Shown: in pieces, positions 34,995 to 44,749 of the stretch
Numbering within the stretch: position 1 is the first letter of the stretch
Layout: the number at the start of each line of letters is the position of its first letter
DNA from: Macrostomum lignano
Lineage: Eukaryota
Direction of reading: 5' to 3'
Length of the DNA stretch: 55,594 nt
NCBI GenBank assembly: GCA_002269645.1
Contig: NIVC01003092.1
Span: 1 to 55,594 of the forward strand
Notes under the pieces: generated by a model
Seen by the model: the letters and a program-made list of their open reading frames with translations, nothing else
Database searches by the model: none
What the model was told of the DNA's origin: nothing
Translations under genes and position numbers: made by a program

Positions 34995-36493
34995 TCAGGT
35001 GCCCGAGTCGCAGGCGGCTGAGGCCGACTCCAGCAGGACAGACACGAAGCCCTGGTCGCCGGTCCAGGTGCCGCCGAACACGCAGCCGCCCCTGCAGAAG
35101 GAGCCGCCGCCACCGCCGCTGTGGCCCTGGGCCAGTCCGGCTCCGCCCCCGCTGAAGCCACCGCCGGCTCCAGGGGCGCCTTTCTCTGAGCTGGTCCTGT
35201 GACCGCCTCCACCGCCTCCGCCGAAGCCTCCATCGCAGACGCTGCCGTCTCCGGCGCTGCCGCCGACCCAGCCGTCGGCCAGACTGCCGCCTCTCTCTCC
35301 GTCCGAGGAGCTCCGCCTGGGGTTGACGGCCCTGCCGAGCCAGCCGGCGCCGCAGCCGCCGTGGTTGCTTTCGCTTGGAGTGTCAGCGGGGTTGTTGAAG
35401 CCTGGCTGACCGTTGATGCCGCCGAATCCTGCGTTTGGTTTGTAGTCACCCAGACTGTCGGAACCGTTGATCCCAGTCCCTCCCGGTAGCCCTACGATGA
35501 AATCAATCAAACTGCTTATCCAAGTTAAATTTTCGCTTTTGAAACTTCCCAATTCTAGCAACAAAGTTAATGAGATCACCATTTCTTTTGAAGCAAGCTC
35601 CGCCGCCTCCGCCGGCAGCAAGCAGCAGCAGCTGGTCGACCGTCTGGTACACGAAGCTGCCGCCGCCTCCGCCGCCTCCTTCGATATCCAACGACGTCGA
35701 GCCGCCCATCTGGCCCACAACGATGCTCAGCTGGGTGCCGGCTGTCAGGTTGACTCTGACGCTCACCTGGGCTCCCTGGCCTCCGGATGTGTTCGTCAGT
35801 AAGTTGTCGCCACCTCTGGCTCCGGCAGCTCTGATCAGGTAGCAGCCGGTCGTGTTGATGAGGACGCTTTGGATTGAGCCGTTTCTACCTGTGCTGCTGT
35901 CTGCAGTGGAGCAGCGTCAGCGAGTTACAAAATGGGAGTGAGTGCAATTTCTGTCTGTGCCAAAATCATGTAAGCCACCCACAACTAAGACTATGCATTG
36001 ATGACTCACTCCGAAGCTGCACTGCAGGAGAAGGCCAGTCGCTGTCGTCCGCCTTCCACACCTTCGCACCGACCTGAGATCCGATGACTTGCTGCATCTG
36101 ATTTGCTGAGATTGACAGCTTGGCGGTTGTTATGGTGACCATCTCGCACGTGGCATTGCTCTCCACCGAGACGGCAGCGCTGCAGCTCACCCTCTGGCAC
36201 TTTGCTAGACAGTCGGTTGCATCAGTGGCTTTGGTTGTTGTTCTGACGTTGTTGTAGACGTTCAGAACGGCTTCCAGCATGTGAAGCTGCTGCTCTGAGC
36301 ACACAGAATAGGTCCGCAAACTGGTGGTGCCTTGTACTCGCAGCACGAGAGAGCAGCAAACTGCGTTGGGGCAATTGGTTGTCATTAATAAATAGCATGC
36401 ATTGAATAACTTTTAGCAGCGGTTTTTAAGTCAAGATTGCAGTCACTTACCGAATAATAAAAGCAATTGTAAAGACAGAATTTTATTAGTCAT
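34995..36493 (-). CDS. B5: secreted PAN + ALK/LTK-type glycine-rich domain protein, 403 aa
   Basis: Exons 36493-36451, 36360-36010, 35900-35580, 35491-34995; 1212 nt, open frame. The intron-3 donor is GTGATC (weaker than GTGAGC in the paralogs). Signal peptide MTNKILSLQLLLLFVCCSLVLRVQG. Confidence 0.88.
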
Positions 36494-36639
36494 ACTTGCA
36501 GCGATAGTCTGATTGTCCACCTGCAATTTCTAGTGATTCTTGCGGCACAAACGGCTTGAGAGCTATTTTAACTGTATTTCCTCAACTTCAATCCTAAATG
36601 AACTATACTCATAAAGTATATATATCAGTTGTGTAAAGA

Positions 36640-36800
36640 CTCGCAGTAGGGATGCTGAGTGCGGTCGCTGATCCTTGTTTTGGGAGCTGCTTTTGAGGAG
36701 ACGCTTGCTAGAGACTGAATCAAGTAGATGTGGAAGGAAGTCTGAGCAGAGGCGGGTTCGCAGCCAATCCCAGACATGAGCTGCCCTCGTTGATAATGCT
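36640..36800 (-). promoter_or_regulatory. Conserved upstream block of B5 with a CCAAT box (36764-36768)
   Basis: Homologous to 17845-18045. Confidence 0.6.
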
Positions 36801-38004
36801 TGGGCGCTGTAAATAATAACAATTAGCAGGAGACTCAATTTTTTTATCATCGTCTCACGCATAAAGCGCTGGGGTAGTTCTTCATATTCCGCTTGATGAG
36901 CAGGTACTTTACACGCACACTCTGTGCCTTGGGATTTGGCCTTTGTTGTGGTTGGTTGTGATTCGCACGACAACCGCTGGCAATTTCGTGTACAACCCCA
37001 AATTAATTTTGGCCACGAACTTCGTTGTGCGAATGCCAGTCGCGTTTACCTCTGACCTACTCTGACCCCAACAGTTCGTGCATTTGGGAATTTTTAGACT
37101 GAAAACTGCCTCATATTGCGGACCTGTTTTCGTAGGATTTTTGTTAACTTGCCGAAAAATGTTACGCTCAGCTACAATTGTTCTACAAAATTCGAATTGG
37201 ATAACCTGTGCTCGAGTAACCAAGCTAGGCAATGCAGATGGATTCAGATGGATAAGCAGATAAGCATGAATAGGATGTCATCGCTGTTGGCAGGATTTTC
37301 TTGATTAGCCTCAAGTGTGCAGAATAAAAGTAAGTGCAAAAGAGGGCGCCGGCTTAGAATAAAAGTTTAGCACACTCAATAACTAGAAGAGTTAACACCT
37401 TTCAATAGTGGGTGTTTCACGCATGGTTTCGACACCAGCTGAATAAAAAATGCTGAACCTTGCATAGGCGTGCGGCAAAAATCTTGAGTTGTGTAAAGTG
37501 CCCTGCTTCAGCGAGCTGCTACCAAGAATAAGTGGGAAGTGGGAAATAAGTTCCATTGTTGTTGGAATATTTCGCGCTAGGGCTGAGAACCAGGAGAGAT
37601 TTTATATCATGAAGTCATATTTCATGTTCAAATCTAAATAAGCGCTTGACTTACTTGTCCGACTTGTTAGCCTCAACAAGAACGCTTTGAAGTAGGCACA
37701 AGACTTCGAAGGTCTTTAAAATCTTTTAAAAATCTTTTAAAAGGGTTTGGACCTGTGACTCTCTCTTAGGGCACTTCAAAAAGATTTCCGTTTTCGCCTT
37801 TTTGGGAGCTGTTGTACATATTTGATGAGTTGTAGTAATTACCTTTTAATAATCTATGGAATAAGTAATAAGCTAAATTACAATCATAAGTATTCTAAAC
37901 TTAAAAAGTTATTATTGATAATATAAAGTGATAATTATATTATCATATTAAGTGATAAATTGTACTAATACCTGTCTTACCAGTGTTACATGTACATTGC
38001 ACCA

Positions 38005-38760
38005 CACATTGAAGAGAAGCAATTGTTAAAGACAGAACTTGATCAGTCATGCTTGCAGCGATAGTCTTCAATGTCTTGCATTTCTTCTTTTTAAACCCAA
38101 AAGAAGAATCAAAAGCAGCATTGGCACGAAAGGGGATGCGCGGAAGCAACCCCATAAGAGCAACAGCTCGAATTAAAAGTGTATTTTGTATTACGAAAGC
38201 AAACAGCGATGCAAGAAAATTGGAAAAATAAAACTTTAAAGAAAAAAAATTGAGCTCACGCAGGCAGCCAAAAACGCTGAGTCAACTGAGCGAGACGCCA
38301 ATAAAAGGGGCGACGGCGCAGAGGCTAAAGCCCACCCCACCAGGCCACCACCCCACACACGCAGAGCCAAAGCATCACCCACACAGAGCGAACAGAAGGA
38401 GAGAGAAAGTACGCAAGGCGACACAAGGCGGGGCAGAGGAGTGGGCTTTAAAACTGGTTATTGACTAGTCATAAAAGGCTCGATTGATAGCTTTTCTACC
38501 TGTCTTTTTAGTGATGAAATACCAAATCAATTTTATCATATCAGAAGTTTTTATACTTTTAGTCAGGAAGCAGAGTGCATTCGCTGCTAGCTCGTACTTT
38601 TCCTCTGGAAGCTGAGAAGTTGTTTGCTACTCTAGAGACTAATACAAGTAGGTGTGGAAGAAGGTCTGAGCAGCGGACGGCTAAGAGGCCGACCAATCTC
38701 AGACATGAGCTGCCCTTATCGCTCAGGAGCTTTACCTACCGATGATTATTAAGCGCTGGA
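38005..38760 (-). pseudogene. psi-B6: exon-1 and promoter relic of family B, interrupted by a dispersed repeat
   Basis: gcaagcATGACTGATCAAGTTCTGTCTTTA (MTDQVLSL, then frameshifted, donor lost) near 38058; upstream block with CCAAT at 38693-38697; no exons 2-4 follow. Confidence 0.7.
38090..38475 (-). mobile_element. Third copy of the dispersed repeat found in B2 intron 2
   Basis: Reverse complement aligns with 16855-17210. Confidence 0.65.
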
Positions 38761-38918
38761 GTTTCTTAAAAAGTAATTTTTATTATTGCCCAAGGGCAGC
38801 CGTAGTTCCCACACAAGCGCTGAGACAATTCTGCCCATTCCGATGACTTTTGAGCACATTGATGTGCGTCAATACTTTACTTTACAGTACTCAATACGCG
38901 AGTACTGTATGTAGCACC

Positions 38919-38924
<6 letters not shown>

Positions 38925-38958
<34 letters not shown>

Positions 38959-39098
38959 CAATTACCCCAGCAAATGCTGGCGCCCATTTTACAGCTGGGT
39001 GAACTGAAGCAATGCAGAGTTAAGTGTCTTACCCAATCGAACCCCCGACATTTCGGTCTTGAGTTCATAGCTCTAACGGCTAGGCCACAGCCCCCCCC
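38925..39098 (-). mobile_element. tRNA-derived CORE-like SINE with a (CA)n tail
   Basis: Minus-strand head ggggctgtggcctagccgttagag...gggttcgattgg; body shared with 11720-11810; (CA)n at 38925-38955. Confidence 0.65.
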
Positions 39099-39161
39099 CT
39101 CAAGAATTGTTGAACTCATCAACCCCTAGATCAATAACATCCCTCACTCCCCTGTCCTCAG

Positions 39162-39586
39162 GTCCGTGAGCAGTGGCTGCTAATTGAGCACACCAACCAG
39201 GAGCTGCCGCCAAGCCGCCAGGCATCGGCTAGCAGAGCAGGCGGCAGCCGGGCTGGCCGTCCTCAGGGCTCAGTGCCGGAGAACAGCGCCTACGTGCTGC
39301 AGTACGAGATCAGCCTGCTGAAGCCGCACGCTGGCACAAACTCAAAAGCTGCCGAAGCAGTCAGAGGCCTTGAGCAGCGCCTCGCTCAGCACAAGCAGCT
39401 GCTGGCCAACTGTGGCGAGGTGAGAAGCGGCAGTACTGCTCAGTGCTGCAGCAGCTGTCGGCCACCTATGCTCAGCACGCCAAATCGGCTTTGCAGGAGA
39501 AGGACAGGGGCAAGGCTGAGAAGTTTCTTAAAAAGAAGAAGGAGGCGGACAGGGAGTTTCAGGATGTCAGTTCGCGGTTGCGGTGA
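39162..39586 (+). CDS. Orphan terminal exon resembling the C-terminus of CC2D1A/B (Lgd) family proteins; 1-nt frameshift near 39420
   Basis: Acceptor cccctgtcctcag|. Translates VREQWLLIEH...SAYVLQYEISLL...QHKQLLANCGE/GEKRQYCSVLQQLSATYAQHAKSALQEKDRGKAEKFLKKKKEADREFQDVSSRLR*. By recall this parallels CC2D1 ...EKWLVID...SLSVL...EYAAQLERQLQFYTEAARRL...RRNLVESEL. No upstream exons were recognised in the window. Confidence 0.5.
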
Positions 39587-40153
39587 CTGCAAAGTTTAAC
39601 AAATTCGGGTCTTGTCGATTCTTTGGGTAGACGGAGCAAGTTAAGGGGGCAGTTTTAAGTCGACTAATTAAATATTTGGGCCAAAAGTTCTCTAAACTGA
39701 TCCGCATTGGCTCTGATTGCCAGGCCGTTTTTTATTCAATAATATTTTGTATGAGTATAAAATGTCATGCATGCTACTTGAATTAGGGGGGAATCGCTTC
39801 GCCTAATGATAATTGCTATTGGCTGGTAATTGACTCCGCGCTTGCAAAACTATTTTAAGCAAATGTTAATAAGATTGATGTTTATTTGTTTAGCTATCAT
39901 GTTTTCATGATTAAATTTTCGACTGGAAGTATTTCATATATGAAAATGTTAATAAAGCAACTAATATATTCTATGTACATATATTCAGTTATAAATTCTG
40001 ATTGGTAAATAGGTTTTTTCCTGTTTATTAAATTGTTTTCTTTTTAAATGGTTCCGGCAGTTAAAGAAAGCACAAACAGATTGTGTTGGTCGTCCCGGTT
40101 TTCTGTTATAAATTTTCAGTCTGCTTTTTCCAGGAAAATTTGCCATTTCCAAG

Positions 40154-40450
40154 TTAAGTGTACCTTGGCCCGTTCTCGGTAGTCCTGCTGCTTCTTTTCG
40201 GGGGCTCATCCGTTTCCGACGCTGGCTGTGAAAAAATGCCGACGATAGCCACCGTGGATACCATCAGATCCTCGGGGGTAAGCCCATAGACTGCCCTGTG
40301 GCGGTCGCCAAGGGGACAGTCGAAGAGAGCGTGGTGCACCGTGTCTTTTGCACCGCAGTCGGGACAGGCTGGTGAATCTGCGATGCCCAGATCAGGACTG
40401 CGCAGGGGCGCAGCTGAGACAACTGCTCGGCTAGGTCGGTGCGTCAGGCC
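40154..40450 (-). mobile_element. Non-LTR retrotransposon (LINE) ORF2 3' relic with a CCHC zinc knuckle
   Basis: LGIADSPACPDCGAKDTVHHALFDCP fits C-x2-C-x6-7-H-x3-4-C, typical of LINE ORF2 C-termini. Confidence 0.65.
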
Positions 40451-40577
40451 TGCAATCCGTTATAGTTGATTTGCAGAACCTGGAGCTCTAGGCCGGGTCG
40501 AACGCTATGCCTGTGCTTTTTGCTCGTCCGTCTGGGCCGGTGGACGGCCGCATTGCTTGCGGTACCGCCCCCCCCCC

Positions 40578-40650
40578 CCACAAAGAGACAGTAGGGGCGC
40601 CCACCAAGAGACGGTAGGGGCGCCCACCAAGAGACAGTAGGCGCCCACCG
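40578..40650. repeat. 3 x ~23-bp tandem repeat (caccaagagacagtaggggcgcc)
   Basis: Read directly. Confidence 0.85.
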
Positions 40651-40998
40651 TAGGTGAAAATATAACAGAAGCACTACCCCTACATCAGTTAGAATATCTG
40701 ATAAGTTAGTAAAGAATAATCTGATAAGCCACAAAAATTTTGAATCATTCTCTAGAGGTATTTCGTCGAAAAATCAAACTGGACAGGATGTCAGTGACAA
40801 TCAGTAATAGTCGTTATTAACTCGTAAAATTATTCAACAGACTTCGAAGTTAATTAAAATATAAAATCTGGGCACGACATCGATCAGCCTTGCAAAAAAT
40901 CTTAAGTACATTTCTGAAGTCCTGCACACAAATGAATCACAGATCTTACTCAAAAAGTTTTTACTTTGGTGTGCATCCACTGCCGCCTGCCGGTGACA

Positions 40999-43074
40999 TC
41001 AGGCCAGTTGAATCATCAGTCGAATGCTCTTTAGGGCAACTAGGCCTCCAGCGGTGGCACCTGACCAATACATATATGCTAAGCCGCTCACTGCAGAGTT
41101 GTGATAAATCCCGTTCGGATTGGACTTTGAACAGCTTTGGAACCACCAACCTGAGTTTCCACGGGCGCTAGAACAGGCGGTACCATAATTATCGTTGTCT
41201 CGGTCCATGGTGGAGAACTGCATCCCCTTGTTGGCAGCAAGCGAGTTGCTGGTCGTGTTGGAACTGCCGCTCAGGTACGAAGTGTAGGTCATGATGTAGT
41301 TCGTGCTGGCATCGGCCACCGTGAAGCCGGAGTACTCGCAGACGTACAGCTCATCCGACCAGGTGACGGTCTCGACTCGCAAAAGTTTCGGTGAGCTTCC
41401 GGTCAGCTCGTGCATTTTACGAAGACCTGAAAATGTATTTGATATCATCTTTTGTTCGACTAAGCCGTCTGTTCGAATGAATTCTACGTGCTGCTCACCA
41501 ATCCAGAAGTCCGTGTCGTCTCCAAAGCCTTTTTCGTACTCAGTCCAACCGCGAGCAAAGCTGAGCTCGCCCTTCGATCTGTGCTGAATCACTTGGAATG
41601 TTTGACCACTGATTTCAACTAGCTTTTCTGAAAAAAGAAAAATAATAAACGTTAGCTTTAGTATTAAATGTCATCTCAGATATCTTGTACTGCCCCAAAA
41701 CTCACTGTCGCTCTTCGACAGAGCTTCGTTTCAGGAACAAAGGCGAAAGCAGAGCAGTCTTTTTTGTGCGAGGACTCGCACTTCAGAGCGCAGTCTACAG
41801 CGCTGTGACCAGGCTGCGATGTCATCGGAGCCGTCGTGGTTAGCAAAATCTCGACTTTAGAAAACACTGAAACATTGAAATAAACTTCCATCTGGTCCAG
41901 GACTGATGGAACTTTTAGGTTCAGCTGCGGTGTACCAGCGTATCGGATGCGAAACTGAATTTCAAATCTGTCGCAGCTATATTGTTGTGAATTGATTTGA
42001 GCTAAATATAGCAAAAGCCATGCGGACAAATCACAAGGACAACTTAAGCAGAAGGACGCAACACTCGAAATCTATGGTAAATGTTTTGAAGGCAACTCTT
42101 CGCCAGAGGAATACACTACGGAGATAGGAAACTTCACGATTTTTAACACTAAAACAGTGATTGGGTCTCTTAACAGTGTCAGAGAAAATCCTAAGCACAC
42201 TATTTTGTGCCTCAAATGCTGCTCTAACGGCTCATTAATCGATTTTTCATGTTAAATTAGCCTGTCACTTGAAAAAAAAACGTTAAAAATAATGACAAGA
42301 CCAATTCAACACGAAAAATCGATTAATGTGTCGTTAGAGCAGCATGTGAGGCACAAAATAGTGTGCTTAGGATTTTCTCTGACACTGTTAAGAGACCCAA
42401 TCACTGTTTTAGTGTTGAAAATCGTGAAATTTCCTATCTCCATAGTGTATTTTTCCTGTGAAATCTGCCTTAAGAACTATTTCTGAACGAAAAGCTTTAT
42501 GAATATCGATAGAGCAATAAGAACAGCACAACATATCAAAAGATAAACACTGGATCTGCCTCCTATCAAAAGCAATTACAATTTTTGTGCTGAAAAATGA
42601 AAACCTATCTCTGTAGTGTATTTTTCGGCGAAAAGTTGCCTTCGAAACATTTACCATATGTTTCGAGTGTAGCGTTCTATATATATATATATATATATAT
42701 ATGTTACTTGAGTAGTCCTTGACATATCATATTAAAAAGACTTTAAGATTAAAAGACTTAAGACTTAAAGATTAAAAAGTCTTATGAATATAATTCGATG
42801 TGTTCGAGCTATTACGATAGCCGTCCTGTGTGCCGGCCTTCTCAACACAAAATGAAATTAAAATCGCTCAGACCCCAGGTGAGATTAGATTTATTATAGA
42901 TTTATTTTTGTAACTTCATTAAAATAAAATTTGATTTATTTTAATGAACATTTGACAATAGGTTGAGCTGTAATCTAATTTACAATGGAACCTACCGGAT
43001 ACTGTGGTAGCGCCAGTCAAGAACGGAGTCCCGCCGATCAGCAACGCAGCAACGGCGACGAGAAAAACGGACAT
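40999..43074 (-). CDS. Secreted PAN/apple-like + fibrinogen-related domain (FReD) protein, about 265 aa
   Basis: Exon 1 43074-42996 (MSVFLVAVAALLIGGTPFLTGATTVS, GTAGGT donor, phase 1). PAN exon 41866 (or 42001)-41706 with DCALKCESSHKKDCSAFAFVPETKLC. FReD exons 41627-41499 and 41426-40999 with VIQHR, F.RGW.EY..GFG, FWIGL, FST.DRDND, GWWF..C..SN.NG. The PAN-FReD junction is 1 nt out of phase with the GTGAGT donor. Confidence 0.8.
42062..42669. mobile_element. MITE/foldback element in intron 1 of the PAN-FReD gene
   Basis: Long inverted arms cactcgaaa...atggtaaatgtt.. (42062-42270) and 42292-42460 plus 42600-42669; TA on the right flank, AA on the left. Confidence 0.8.
42678..42702. repeat. (TA)n microsatellite
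   Basis: Read directly. Confidence 0.95.
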
Positions 43075-44477
43075 GCTGCAGGCGAAGTTCTGGATCCGCT
43101 CGATTTTCGCTGCCTTCCCTAAACACTGTCTACTTTTGAAACGGCGTCTCTGGTTGCTGACTTTGACTCAACACTTTTACTTGCTCAAAGCACCTGTTGC
43201 TGTTGAACTGCCTGAGTCGATGCGTTTCCAATTGGCAGGCCTCCTAAAAAACTCTATTAACAAAAGCGCAGCCTTCAAATGAACCGAGGCCAATGAGGGA
43301 AGTTCCATTGTTTATGGTGCCTCAACTCCGTCCCTATTCGCGCCATCGTAGGTTTTTTTATTCGCGAGACAAAAACTTTTCAATGGTTACCCACGGGACT
43401 GTGGGCGCGGGGCCTTCTGGTATGTGAGGCTGAGCGTGGGCTAAACTATGAGAGGCGGTTAGTAAAAGACAATGCACCAACCAGCTGCTCCACTCTTGAC
43501 TTCTTTCCTGCCCTCACGGCTAACGCATCCCCATGGCTCTGCCTCATCTGTTTTTCGCATTTTGCGAAACCGTCAGTTCTGCATGACTGTCCTACTGGCT
43601 TGAAACTTTCCAATACCTGCTAGAGACTTCTGACCGCCGCCCCCACAGCATGTGTGCAGCAATGGTTGCTTTATTCAGTCTCTGCAGCAGCTTCGCAAAG
43701 TCGTAGAATCCCAAGTGACAATCATTGCAATATTTGATCGATCTACACGCAGCAAGGAAACTGCGTGCTTTTTAAAGCAGTAAATTCCAACAGAGGCTCT
43801 ATCCAGCGCTTTAACTCTGTCTCATCACTAAGCAGTTGGTTTTCCACCGCTTGTATTGAGGAACTGAGAGAAAAGTTTCTTCGCTATTAATGCATCGCTT
43901 TGCAAGACAAGCGCACCATATTTGCCTCAGAATTTAGCAAAATTTTCGGGGATTTCTATGCCCTAGTCACATCTGCTTGAATAGCATTGTCTTGAAAGAC
44001 CATAGGAGAGAATGAGCCGAACTTTGCCTTCCAAATGATAACTGCTGGAGTAAACTTGCCCGATGTAGCAAGATGTGCTATTCTTTTGCGATTGACGGAA
44101 TGCTCAAGCGAGATGGGAAAAGTGTGTTGCTACAGGTGGAGACTATGTTGAGAAGGCTGCTTTAAAGGTTGACGATGATGATGGATGACGACAATTCGTG
44201 TTTTTGAGGATAGAGCATCGCTTTTTAAAGTTTCTAAACTATTACTGTAAGACTATCAAAGGCATTGCGATGCTTTTTCACACAAATTTTAAATGAAATG
44301 ATCAAAAATACACGCGACTAAATTCATTAAAAAGAATGGATGCGCCACTTTCAAATCACACCAAAGTTGTGCTTGCAACTGCTTCTGTTTTTGATGGGGT
44401 TAAAAGTGTTTAGAACTTTCCTTTCGTAACTGCTGATTTTATGAAAAAATTGTTTTTACACCTGCCCTAATAGACAG

Positions 44478-44566
44478 ATGTGCAACCGACAGGTCAGCCG
44501 CAGCTTTTGCGCGGCGCTTCTGAAGGCTGCATGCGTACTGCTGTTCAGTCCAAGAACTGGGGGTCG

Positions 44567-44612
<46 letters not shown>
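44478..44612 (-). mobile_element. SINE 3' fragment with (CA)n
   Basis: gtgcaaccgacag.tcagccgcagct.ttgcgcggcgc is shared with 11666-11705; (CA)n at 44569-44612. Confidence 0.55.
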
Positions 44613-44616
<4 letters not shown>

Positions 44617-44749
44617 ACGCACCGGGCACTTGTTGGTACGGTATACAATGGTGGGCACTTATTTTGCAATTTTTTTTGACACACGAAAACACACACATAC
44701 ACACAGTGCAATGACCTATTAAGTATTTTTAGCATTTAAATGATGAAAA

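Noticed and set aside
41676-42075. TTG-initiated ORF as the real start of the PAN-FReD gene, or disruption of the gene by the MITE
   Set aside because: A better ATG signal-peptide exon at 43074-42996 splices in phase, placing the MITE in intron 1.
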